A DNA stretch of 64,000 bases from Laetmonice hystrix (taxonomy: Eukaryota): NCBI GenBank assembly GCA_965235115.1, contig OZ249436.1, positions 37,202,001 to 37,266,000 of the forward strand. The letters run 5' to 3'. The notes beneath the pieces are model-generated. The model did not search any database. It was not told the DNA's origin and saw only the letters and a list, made by a program, of their open reading frames with translations. The translations under genes were made by a program, and so were the position numbers. Shown in pieces: positions 1 through 10,784 of this stretch. Position 1 is the stretch's first letter; each line of letters starts with the position of its first letter.

Positions 1-189
1 GACATTCTCGGATTGTCTATCAACTGTGCTATCACTCAGAGCAAAACTATCCAATGTCCTTTCAATGGAGACCCTTCGTACTCCTCCGTTTTCAAAGGGC
101 ATAGACAGTCACTCTACACCATGTTAAGCCCTGTTTTCCATGTCTGCTTTTCCGTTATCCGTTTCCGATTCGATGGTTTATGCCTATTT

Positions 190-1059
190 CATACGGGAGC
201 GTTTCCATGTATACGTTTCATAGTCCGAATGTACACGTGGAAACGCGCCCATAGTAACGGATAACGGAAACGTACACATAGAACCCGGGTTTTACTGTCC
301 TGCAATCCCTATCAGGTCCTGTCCATACAACTTTAAATAACAGAGTATAGACATGTTTTAAATATTTCTTATTCATTTCCAGCACATGCCACAAATAACA
401 TAACTTAGAGAGTACGTTCAGGTTAACGAAGAGAGTGCTCCCTCTGTAGGAAAGCTTCCTTTCTCTTCCTTTTCTTTACTCATACTTTAGTGTCTTTTAT
501 AAAGAAAATGTACTAAAAGGGGTATTGAAAGGCCTGAGAGGGGTATCGAAAGGCTAGGCGATAGGCTACTCGCTAAGACAGGGTTTGACAGCATTTTCTA
601 GCCGTGCCAGAACACAAGACTTTGCGCATACGGGAGCGTTTCCATGTATACGTTTCATAGTCCGAATGTACACGTGGAAACGCGCCCATAGTAACGGATA
701 ACGGAAACGTACACATAGAACCCGGGTTTTACTGTCCTGCAATCCCTATCAGGTCCTGTCCATACAACTTTAAATAACAGAGTATAGACATGTTTTAAAT
801 ATTTCTTATTCATTTCCAGCACATGCCACAAATAACATAACTTAGAGAGTACGTTCAGGTTAACGAAGAGAGTCCTCCCTCTGTAGGAAAGCTTCCTTTC
901 TCTTCCTTTTCTTTGCTCATACTTTAGTGTCTTTTATAAAGAAAATGTACTGAAAGGGGTATTGAAAGGCCTGAGAGAGGTATCGAAAGGCTAGGCGATA
1001 GGCTACTCGCTAAGACAGGGTTTGACAGCATTTTCTAGCCGTGCCAGAACACAAGACTT
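190..1059 (+). repeat. Direct tandem duplication of about 433 bp (190-622 and 627-1059)
   Basis: Both copies start catacgggagcgtttcc and end aacacaagactt. They differ by only a few substitutions and are joined by 4 nt (tgcg). Confidence 0.95.
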
Positions 1060-2109
1060 GGAAAATGGCGGTTTCATACATCCCGATGTGACCTAGAAAC
1101 AACCAATCAGAAGCAGCCCCGGTCGTTCCGAGTGCGGCTTGGCTATCGAGACAGCACGCACGTGTTGACGGGTGGCTGCAGCCTTTCGTAGTGAGTAGGC
1201 CTACGTATGGTGGCTCAAAAGTATCATCTCGTACTTAAAGTGTGACAAAGCCTTTTCTTTTAAATGATAGGGAAGCTGTGGTTAACATCACTACGCACGT
1301 TACTGTGAGGGCATCAATAAACAGCGAACTGAGCGAACTGAGATCGATTAGTCGTGCTACAAGCCCGTGACTTCAGGTATGACGTTCCATCAGTTTTGTA
1401 ATAAAGTACACATTAAATATCTGATCGAATTATATGCACAGTTTAACATGCAGAAACTCTGCTTGAAATACCAGAGAAAAATAGAGAACTATATAGTCGA
1501 AAAGTAACAGAAAATCAAACCGAACAGAATTATATCCCTCGGTGATGGCTACGACGGGAAAATGGAACAACCATATTGGTCGCACTGCCAGCCAACATCA
1601 GTCGTTCTCTAACTGGTAAGTCTGGCACGTTTCTGTATCCTCACAAACAAAGCCATGCGTATTCCTACCCCCTCCCCTTTATACCAAATATTCATAGAGT
1701 AGGCGTTGCGGGATTAAATGATAATCAGCAAGTAATGAGACACGCCGCAGATTATTGTGATGATCCAGCAATTTCCCTTCGAACATCTACAGAAAGGCCG
1801 TTTCTTCTGTTACATCAATTAGCCTTTCCATTAGAAACGTGACTCGCCACTGCTGTCCGACACGCCCATTGTGATCGGGGGAAATTGGTCGCTCTCTTCG
1901 CCTCGCGTCACCTTCTCTGGCCACCTTGAATGGAAGTCTCCCGAATGAGAACATCTCCAAAAGAAACACGTCCACCTTGTAAGCAAATCATCTAACTGGT
2001 AGGTGTAAAGTAGTATTGAAAAGTATAGGACTAGCTTTTCTAAACAGAGTTGAAAAGACACAAAATTTAAATAAAACATGAAGTGGCATCGACACTTAGT
2101 CTAGTCTAG

Positions 2110-2235
2110 TGGTTTGTATGTCTGCTTGTTTCATTCTGTAGCGGATGTGTCCGTTCTGTATGGTATGTATGGTTTGTCTGTCTGCTTGTTTCATTCTGTA
2201 GCGGATGTGTCCGTTCTGTATGGTATGTATGGTTT
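2110..2235 (+). repeat. 60-bp tandem repeat, about 2 copies
   Basis: tggtttgt(a/c)tgtctgcttgtttcattctgtagcggatgtgtccgttctgtatggtatgta recurs at period 60. Confidence 0.9.
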
Positions 2236-3062
2236 TGTCTTTAGAGAATGGTATGAAATATTTCCAGCTACAAGCTTTTAACCCCCCCCCCCCCCAACCC
2301 CCCAACCCCCGCCGATGATTCACGTAGGATACACCATTTTGTCATGCATAATTTATGTAAGAACAAATGGGGATTTTGGGGATTATGATAAAAATGGAAG
2401 AGAAAATGCGCTGAGATAAACAGGCCATCTGGCCGTCCCATGATTCCCCGCAACTGTGTGCAACGTCACTTTATCGTCTGCCAAGTCTAGTGGGAATTTC
2501 CAGAAAAGCTTATTTTCTGATGGAAAACGAATATAGTCTTGCGCCCTTGGTTTATCAATCAATTCCACGAAAGATCGCATCACCGAAACAAGTTGTTTTT
2601 GTTACTTTCTTACTGCCTCTTTAAAACCATGAAATACATCGTATGCTGCATGGCAAGAAGTAGTGTTTAAACTCTTTTTTTCAGTGTGAGTGAGTGATTT
2701 TTAAGGAGAATAGGAATAGGACTCTATTTCCACTTCGGGGAGTGAGTGAGTGAGTGGGGTGCGTGAGTGAGTGAATTGGAGGTTTTAAGGCCTGTCGGCT
2801 GTATTTCAGCCATATTCAGGGCGATAGGAATTACCATTTAATTCAGTCAAGGGGCATATTGTAGCGCCGGGTCTTTTTTTCACTGATGCAGTAAATGATG
2901 GCGTCGACTTGTTGGCGACCTCAGGGAGTATTAATGTGGTCTAGTCCGTCAAGGCGCTCGATGTACCATATCATTAAACCATGGTTTCAGGCGGACTATA
3001 GCTCAGGCGACATGTAGCGTGTTCAAACAGAGATGCGCTGGTGAAATATCGGTTGCTGACTA

Positions 3063-3620
3063 TACGGTGGCCGGTTAGTGCGAACAACAAATACAAAAAA
3101 AAAAAACGCGTTTGCAAATTCAAAACGACGAATTACACAAACGCAAAAGCGAAAACGTCGATTACAAAACAGAAACGACAAATTCAAAAACAGAAATACA
3201 AAATAGAAAGCACAAATACAAATTAGAAAACGCAAATACAAAATCGGATTTTATGGTCTCGAGTTTGTCAATGCCTCTTTTTGCTGTTGTATTTGTGCTT
3301 TCGAAAAAGTATTTCTGTTTTTGAATTTGTATTTGTCGTATCTTTTTTTGTATACGCCATTTTCGCTTTTGCATTAAATTTGCAATCGTCCTTTTGTATT
3401 TGTGCTCATCGTTTTGCTTTTACATTCGTCGTTTTGCTTTTGTATTCGTCGTTTTGCTTTTGCGAACACCGTTTTTCTCTGTTTGCATTCGTCGTTTTGC
3501 TCTTGTGTTCGTCGTTTTGCTCTTGTGTTCGTCATTTTGCTTAAATTGTGAACGCCGTTTATGTATTTGTATTCGTCGTTTCCTATTTGCGTTCGTCCTT
3601 TGCCCTAACCGGCCACTGTA
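3063..3620. mobile_element. MITE / foldback-like non-autonomous DNA transposon
   Basis: Terminal inverted repeats tacggtggccggttag (3063-3078) and ctaaccggccactgta (3605-3620). The interior is made of A-rich short subrepeats on the left mirrored by T-rich ones on the right. Confidence 0.75.
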
Positions 3621-4231
3621 GTAGACAGATTATATTGCATGCAGATTGGGTCCCTCTTTTAGAAGACTCTAGCCCAAAGCAACATGCTAATTGAACAGGT
3701 ATGCATGAAGGTTTCTTTGGTTAGCCATGAAACGAAAAAGTCTTCCTGTGCCGTCTTGGGAGTATCGTGCATTTCTACTGTTGCCATCTTTGATGATAGG
3801 TATTATGATGTGCTCTGGCGTGTTATAGTATCAAACCGGTATGTGTTACATCTCGACGTTCTAGAACCGCATCGCTCATGTAGGGAGGGCACTATTTTCG
3901 GGGACTGCATCTTTTTCCTTAAAGTTATATAACGGCATCTAATATTTTCGGCGATTATTTTTATACGCCCTGCATGTTCCTGAATGTGTGTACTAGCACT
4001 TGCAATGTCGAAAAGTTACAATACGTATGAGTTACCTACTCTAAACTGAATCGATAAAACATAGTTCGACATTATTCCGCCGCGCGCCCTCCGATTTGAA
4101 CTCAAAGTGTTTCAAGTAGTCTCGGTCATTAGCCACTGTGAACAGTATAATGAACATTACGCGAGCCGCGTCTTCGTCCGGCCCACCATTTTAGTGAGAG
4201 CCAGATGGTTATGTCAATCACAGTATATTAA

Positions 4232-4648
4232 TGTTGCGGACCTAGTGGTGAGCTGGCCCGCGCAGCGCGCGGGCCAGTCCCATCACTAGGTCCGGGTGCT
4301 GGCCCTAGTGGTGCGCTGGCCCGCGTGTTGCGCACCACTAGGGCAGCCCTAGTGAAGGGAGATGCGACTCCGCTCTAACTTGCCCATTCCAGTAAATATA
4401 TTTTAGCTGTATCTTCCCTAGCACTCATTAGGGGAAGCAAAGGTAATTGTACATATAGTTTGAACCTTCCAACACGTTTAACTCCAATTTCAGTACCTCT
4501 TTTCCACATGCTTCATGTGTAAAGTCCTATGCAGCACCAGGGCCAGCCATCACTAGGGCCAGCACCTGGACCTAGTGGTGGGCTGGCCCTAGTGAAGGGA
4601 GAAGCGATCTTAAACATCCGGGATAAAAGGAATATATACCGTACTCGG
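4232..4648 (+). repeat. Left TIR of Ginger element
   Basis: Reverse complement of 12644-13060 with about 5 substitutions plus a 3-nt loop inversion. Contains internal ctagtgg/ctggccc subrepeats and palindromes. Confidence 0.95.
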
Positions 4649-5313
4649 AATATATACTGTACCGTATGCCTGCACATATTGTGTACATATTTCACGTATA
4701 TCACTTCAATGATACTTGGCCTATACGTTACATGGACGGTACTACACGTTATATCGCCTCAATACACCGTAGCATCCAAGTCATCAACCCCGCATACTTA
4801 TGAAGGCACCGTATAGCACCGAAGTCAGTACCCCTGACTACTAATTTTACAAAATTAGTAGTCCTGGGGTAATTTGACATTAAATTATATATGTAATTCT
4901 AGTGATTTAGAGTTGCCAGATATCCTTATGTATTACCCGTGGCCCGATATTATATGTATCTCTGTTACATATATAACCCGTTATACACCGTATAGCACCC
5001 AAGTTAGTATGCTACCCTGCAAGGGGCCGGTTTTTCAAAGGTCGATAATAACGACGTCGATAATTTAACATAGAAGTGAATGGTTGCTAGGTCGTTGTTT
5101 TCGACCTAGCAGCCAACAGAAAAAAAACCAGAAAGGTATGGGCCTTGCCATTATTATATGCGTGTATCAGTTAGTAGAGAGCATATAAAGAGCTATGAAG
5201 ACACAAGCATTTATCTCTTCTTTTGTGATCGGTTGTGGCCCTGAAAAGGGCCGTTTGGGAAATTTTGGGTCCTGAAGCTCTAGTGGTCCTTGATGCACCC
5301 AGCGAATATAGAA

Positions 5314-5319
5314 TTTATT
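5314..5319 (-). promoter_or_regulatory. Candidate poly(A) signal AATAAA of the integrase transcript
   Basis: tttatt on the plus strand. It appears to be the first AATAAA downstream of the integrase stop and lies about 11 nt beyond the end of the repeat array. Confidence 0.55.
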
Positions 5320-5329
5320 TCATACTCCT

Positions 5330-8300
5330 ATGCCACCTGATCATCAGGCGAGGAAGATGCTGTTGTCAAGGTGGTTGGTGGAGGATGGCGAGGCAGATGG
5401 TCAGGGTGGTCAGGTGACATGTGCGGGGACCCCGACACATGCCAACTGATCACCAGGTAGAAGATGGTGAGGAAGATGCTGTTGTCAAGGTGGTCGATGG
5501 AGGATGGCGAGGCAGATGCTGTTGTCAAGGTGGTCGGTGGAGGATGGCGAGGCAGATGGTCAGGGTGGTCAGGTGACATGTGCGGGGACCCCGACACATG
5601 CCAACTGATCACCAGGTGGAAGATGGCGAGGAAGATGCTGTTGTCAAGGTGGTCGATGGAGGATGGCAAGGAAGATGCTGTTGTCAAGGTGGTCGATGGA
5701 GGATGGCGAGGAAGATGCTGTTGGTCAGGGTGGTCAGTTGACATGTGCGGGGACCCCGACACATGCCAACTGATCATCAGGTGGAAGATGGCGAGGAAGA
5801 TGCTGTTGTCAAGGTGGTCGATGGAAGATGGCGAGGAAGATGCTGTTGTCAAGGTGGTTGATGGAGGATGGCAAGGAAGATGCTGTTGTCAAGGTGGTCG
5901 ATGGAGGATGGCGAGAAAGATGATGTTGTCAAGGTGGTCGATGGAGGATGGCAAGGAAGATGCTGTTGTCAAGGTGGTCGATGGAGGATGGCGAGGCAGA
6001 TGGTCAGGGTGGTCAGTTGACATGTGCGGGGACCCCGACACATGCCAACTGATCATCAGGTGGAGGATGGCGAGGAAGATGCTGTTGTCAAGGTGGTCGA
6101 TGGAGGATGCCGAGGAAGATGCTGTTGTCAAGGTGGTCGATGGAGGATGGCGAGGAAGATGCTGTTGGCCAGGGTGGTCAGTTGACATGTGCGGGGACCC
6201 CGACACATGCCAACTGATCATCAGGTGGAAGATGGCGAGGAAGATGCTGTTGTCAAGGTGGTCGATGGAGGATGGCGAGGCAGATGGTCAGGGTGGTCAG
6301 TTGACATGTGCGGGGACCCCGACACATGCCAACTGATCATCAGGTGGAAGATGGCGAGGAAGATGCTGTTGTCAAGGTGGTCAATGGAGGATGGCAAGGA
6401 AGATGCTGTTGGTCAGGGTGGTCAGTTGACATGTGCGGGGACCCCGACACATGCCAACTGATCATCAGGTGGAAGATGGCGAGGAAGATGCTGTTGTCAA
6501 GGTGGTCGATGGAGGATGGCAAGGAAGATGCTGTTGTCAAGGTGGTCGATGGAGGATGGCAAGGAAGATGCTGTTGGTCAGGGTGGTCAGTTGACATGTG
6601 CGGGGACCCCGACACATGCCAACTGATCATCAGGTGGAAGATGGCGAGGAAGATGCTGTTGTCAAGGTGGTCGATGGAGGATGGCGAGGCAGATGGTCAG
6701 GGTGGTCAGTTGACATGTGCGGGGACCCCGACACATGCCAACTGATCATCAGGTGGAAGATGGCGAGGAAGATGCTGTTGTCAAGGTGGTCGATGGAGGA
6801 TGGCGAGGAAGATGCTGTTGTCAAGGTGGTCGATGGAGGATGGCGAGGAAGATGCTGTTGTCAAGGTGGTCGATGGAGGATGGCGAGGAAGATGCTGTTG
6901 TCAAAGTGGTCGATGGAGGATGGCGAGAAAGATGATGTTGTCAAGGTGGTCGATGGAGGATGGCAAGGAAGATGCTGTTGTCAAGGTGGTCGATGGAGGA
7001 TGGCGAGGCAGATGGTCAGGGTGGTCAGTTGACATGTGCGGGGACCCCGACACATGCCAACTGATCATCAGGTGGAGGATGGCGAGGAAGATGCTGTTGT
7101 CAAGGTGGTCGATGGAGGATGCCGAGGAAGATGCTGTTGTCAAGGTGGTCGATGGAAGATGGCGAGGAAGATGCTGTTGTCAAGGTGGTCGATGGAGGAT
7201 GGCCAGGAAGATGCTGTTGTCAAGGTGGTCGATGGAGGATGGCGAGAAAGATGATGTTGTCAAGGTGGTCGATGGAGGATGGCAAGGAAGATGCTGTTGT
7301 CAAGGTGGTCGATGGAGGATGGCGAGGCAGATGGTCAGGGTGGTCAGTTGACATGTGCGGGGACCCCGACACATGCCAACTGATCATCAGGTGGAGGATG
7401 GCGAGGAAGATGCTGTTGTCAAGGTGGTCGATGGAGGATGCCGAGGAAGATGCTGTTGTCAAGGTGGTCGATGGAAGATGGCGAGGAAGATGCTGTTGTC
7501 AAGGTGGTCGATGGAGGATGGCAAGGAAGATGCTGTTGTCAAGGTGGTCGATGGAGGATGGCGAGAAAGATGATGTTGTCAAGGTGGTCGATGGAGGATG
7601 GCAAGGAAGATGCTGTTGTCAAGGTGGTCGATGGAGGATGGCAAGGAAGATGCTGTTGTCAAGGTGGTCGATGGAGGATGGCGAGGAAGATGCTGTTGTC
7701 AAGGTGGTCGATGGAGGATGGCAAGGAAGATGCTGTTGTCAAGGTGGTCGATGGAGGATGGCGAGGAAGATGCTGTTGGCCAGGGTGGTCAGTTGACATG
7801 TGCGGGGACCCCGACACATGCCAACTGATCTTTAGGTGGAGGATGGCGAGGAAGATGCTGTTGTCAAGGTGGTCGATGGAGGATGCCGAGGAAGATGCTG
7901 TTGTCAAGGTGGTCGATGGAGGATGGCGAGGAAGATGCTGTTGTCAAGGTGGTCGATGGAGGATGGCAAGGAAGATGCTGTTGTCAAGGTGGTCGATGGA
8001 GGATGGCGAGAAAGATGATGTTGTCAAGGTGGTCGATGGAGGATGGCAAGGAAGATGCTGTTGTCAAGGTGGTCGATGGAGGATGGCGAGGCAGATGGTC
8101 AGGGTGGTCAGTTGACATGTGCGGGGACCCCGACACATGCCAACTGATCATCAGGTGGAGGATGGCGAGGAAGATGCTGTTGTCAAGGTGGTCGATGGAG
8201 GATGCCGAGGAAGATGCTGTTGTCAAGGTGGTCGATGGAAGATGGCGAGGAAGATGCTGTTGTCAAGGTAGTCGATGGAGGATGGCAAGGAAGATGCTGT

Positions 8301-8500
8301 TGTCAAGGTGGTCGATGGAGGATGGCGAGGAAGATGCTGTTGTCAAGGTAGTCGATGGAGAATGGCAAGGAAGATGCTGTTGTCAAGGTGGTCGGTGGAG
8401 GATGGCGAGGCAGATGGTCAGGGTGGTCAGGGGACATGTGCGGGGACCCCGACACATGCCACCTGATCATGAGGCGGAAGATGGCAAGGCAGTTGTCAGG
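5330..8500. repeat. Composite tandem array: 40-bp units interspersed with 14 hairpin-containing units of about 79 bp; 319-bp higher-order period
   Basis: 40-mer gatggcgaggaagatgctgttgtcaaggtggtcgatggag. Hairpin core cagttgacatgtgcggggaccccgacacatgccaactg near 5411, 5570, 5735, 6013, 6178, 6297, 6423, 6588, 6706, 7025, 7344, 7790, 8108 and 8428. Confidence 0.95.
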
Positions 8501-8580
8501 GTATTGTCGTCAGGACTCGAGGTGACCGACGGCATCCCCGGGATGGAAAGGGCGTCAGGTGGCCCACCTTCATTGCGTTG

Positions 8581-9945
8581 CTAACGTGACGTCGAACTCC
8601 AGTGTAGCTGAGGGTCGTCGGGTCTTCTCGGTGAACCAGGGATGTCGCAAATGCCAAAGCATAGCATTGGAGTTGCCACTTTGCTACATAGTTCCTGGAA
8701 CGACTTGAAGCCAGGAGGTGGTGGGGTGGTGTCTACTGGTGACGCAGGGGCGGTGGGACACTTGCTTGGTTGAGGGCACACAGGGGGCGGAGTAGAAGGC
8801 AACATTTCCATGGAGGAGGTGTCGCCAGGAGGTGGTGGGGTGGTGTCTACTGGTGACGCAGGGGTGGTGGGACACTCGCTTGGTTGAGGGCACACAGGGG
8901 GCGAAGTGGAGAACATTTCCATGAGGGAGGTGTCCCGTGGTGCTGGTTCAGGGAATGGACGAGGCCGTTCGGAGAGCGGTGCCCTTCGCCGAGGTGCGGG
9001 GACTGGCTTTCGTCGAGGCTTGGGTACCGGTGGGGCAGTTGGTACCTCCTTGGTGGCAGTTTCAGTTGCCAGGTCGGGCTCGCAGACGTCCTGGAGGGAT
9101 TCTTCGGTCAGGATGTGCTGCGATGCACCTGGGAATAGGCTTTTGGGGGGAGGTTTGCCGAATACGACCTCATAAGGGCTGCACTTCGTCGTTTCATGTA
9201 GTTCCGTATTCATCGAGTACATGATCCGTGGCAACCAGGACGCCCAGGGACATTCACCTTCTGCTTCAGCTTTCAGGGCTGCAATTTTCTTTTGGACCGT
9301 CCTGTTTCCACGCTCGACCACACCTTGTGACTGGGAGTGGCGGGGACGCCCACTGACGAAGGTGACGTCGCCGCTCCACCTGGTGAACAAAGCCTGTACA
9401 ACTTTGTTGACAAATTCGCGTCCGTTGTCAGAATGGAAGATCCTGGGGGGACCAACGTAGGCCAGGACACGTTCTTCGAGCATGGTTGCCACCTCATTGG
9501 CCGACTTGCCTTTTAGGGGGAAAAGCACGTGAAACATGTAATGGAACTCCCCGTCTGGAGAGTGCCTCATGTCGATGAGGTCCACTTGGATACGTTGGAG
9601 GAAGTCCTCCGTGATGATTGGCTTAAGGGGGGGCCTTGCAACTTTTAGTGCGGACAACTGGCAGGTGGGGCATTCCTTGCAGAAGGCCTGGACATAGGGG
9701 CGAAGGATCCCGTAGTAGCTCTTCCGGATCCACTCATAGGTCTTCCGGTACCCACTGTGCTGCAGCTCGTGCACGTGCACCTGCTGCACAATGTCGTAGA
9801 TTTGGGATTGTCGGGCTACGCGTTTGAAGCGGGATCCATCCTTTTCATCAGATGGAACCACGAGCGCGTCATGGAGTCCAAGGGCCGGCAAATTCACAAG
9901 CTCAAACTTGCGCTTCTTGAGGTAGCCCTTGAAGCGGTGTGACAC
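8581..9945 (-). CDS. Ginger integrase/transposase exon 2 (HHCC zinc finger, DDE integrase core, Pro-rich tail; SCAND3/KRBA2-like family)
   Basis: HHCC motif HELQHSG...CKECPTC. Catalytic motifs QVDLID, FHSDNGREF and SQGVVERGN; SPYEVVFG motif. Acceptor attag|GTG at 9946/9945. The tail has a duplicated 39-aa PPVCPQPS..TTPPPPG unit. Confidence 0.9.
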   Translation of the reverse strand: MSHRFKGYLKKRKFELVNLPALGLHDALVVPSDEKDGSRFKRVARQSQIYDIVQQVHVHELQHSGYRKTYEWIRKSYYGILRPYVQAFCKECPTCQLSALKVARPPLKPIITEDFLQRIQVDLIDMRHSPDGEFHYMFHVLFPLKGKSANEVATMLEERVLAYVGPPRIFHSDNGREFVNKVVQALFTRWSGDVTFVSGRPRHSQSQGVVERGNRTVQKKIAALKAEAEGECPWASWLPRIMYSMNTELHETTKCSPYEVVFGKPPPKSLFPGASQHILTEESLQDVCEPDLATETATKEVPTAPPVPKPRRKPVPAPRRRAPLSERPRPFPEPAPRDTSLMEMFSTSPPVCPQPSECPTTPASPVDTTPPPPGDTSSMEMLPSTPPPVCPQPSKCPTAPASPVDTTPPPPGFKSFQELCSKVATPMLCFGICDIPGSPRRPDDPQLHWSSTSR

Positions 9946-9964
9946 CTAATAATATTAAAATGAA

Positions 9965-10013
<49 letters not shown>
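9965..10013 (+). repeat. (AAT)n microsatellite in the integrase intron
   Basis: About 16 AAT units directly visible next to the acceptor. Confidence 0.95.
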
Positions 10014-10016
<3 letters not shown>

Positions 10017-10492
10017 TTTCATGGTGCCCTTTACACTGGTCATTGAATAGCTTATTTTGTGCTCCAAAATGCATCAGATTTTACCAAATTACACCTTGAA
10101 TTTCAACATTTTCCTGGGGGACATGCCCCCGGACCCCCCCCCCCCCCCCCAGCAAGGATGCGACCCCCGCTACTTGAAAAAGCTGGATAGGCCGAAATGC
10201 TGTGAGAAACTTCACAATTTATATATCTCCAAATACCAAAAAATAGCAGGGGGATTTGCCTTCTAAAATCAAAAATTTTCTGGGGAAGGTCCCCGAGACC
10301 CCTGCGTATGTTTGCGCTGTTCACTTTCCCTCAGACCCCCCGACGCCGGGCTTCCTGTCGGTCCCCCTTTGGCCCTCCAACGAACCAGCCCCTCTGGATA
10401 GCTGCCTACGGGCAGCCACCTGTGCACACAAAGATTTCTTGGAGTCTTGCTGTAAATGAATGACCATAGCAGCAATGAGTACATCGACTTAC

Positions 10493-10660
10493 TTTGTCAC
10501 TTGGATCTTTCAAGTAGTCAACGACCGCGTCGAATTTTGCGTCGGAGAGGACCATGGAATTGGGCGCCTCTATTTGCTGATGACACAAATCATTCATGAC
10601 TTGTCGATGACGATCTGATGAGGTAGACGTAACGTCACCTTTGCCGTGAGACTGCTTCAT
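10493..10660 (-). CDS. Ginger integrase exon 1 (MKQSHGK...VVDYLKDPSDK)
   Basis: ATG at 10660 and donor AAA|gtaagt at 10493/10492. A phase-0 join to exon 2 gives DPSDK-VSHRFKGYLKKRKF, about 510 aa in total. Confidence 0.75.
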
Positions 10661-10777
10661 CTTTATCAATGTGAATTGGTCAAGTAGAAATCGCGTTGAA
10701 TGCAATAGTGTTTCGCTCAGAGTTGTTACAAGTAACAAGCTAGAGAGAATGTGGAAAGAACCCCTGGCTTCTGTCGC

Positions 10778-10784
10778 TTATATA
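10778..10784 (-). promoter_or_regulatory. Candidate TATA box (TATATAA) of the integrase gene
   Basis: cctatataag on the minus strand, about 120 nt upstream of the ATG at 10660. Confidence 0.45.

Noticed and set aside
3023..3621. Lys-rich and Phe/Val-rich ORFs
   Set aside because: Low-complexity translations of MITE subrepeats.
5330..8500. CRISPR-like appearance (palindromic repeats with spacers) and many overlapping ORFs
   Set aside because: The spacers are themselves copies of one 40-mer rather than unique sequences. There are no cas genes and the context is eukaryotic. The ORFs are frame-shifting translations of the repeat.
8581..9945. LTR retrotransposon or domesticated SCAND3/KRBA2 host gene
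   Set aside because: No gag, protease, RT or LTRs, and no SCAN or KRAB domain. It is enclosed by TIRs with a TSD, so it is a DNA transposon.
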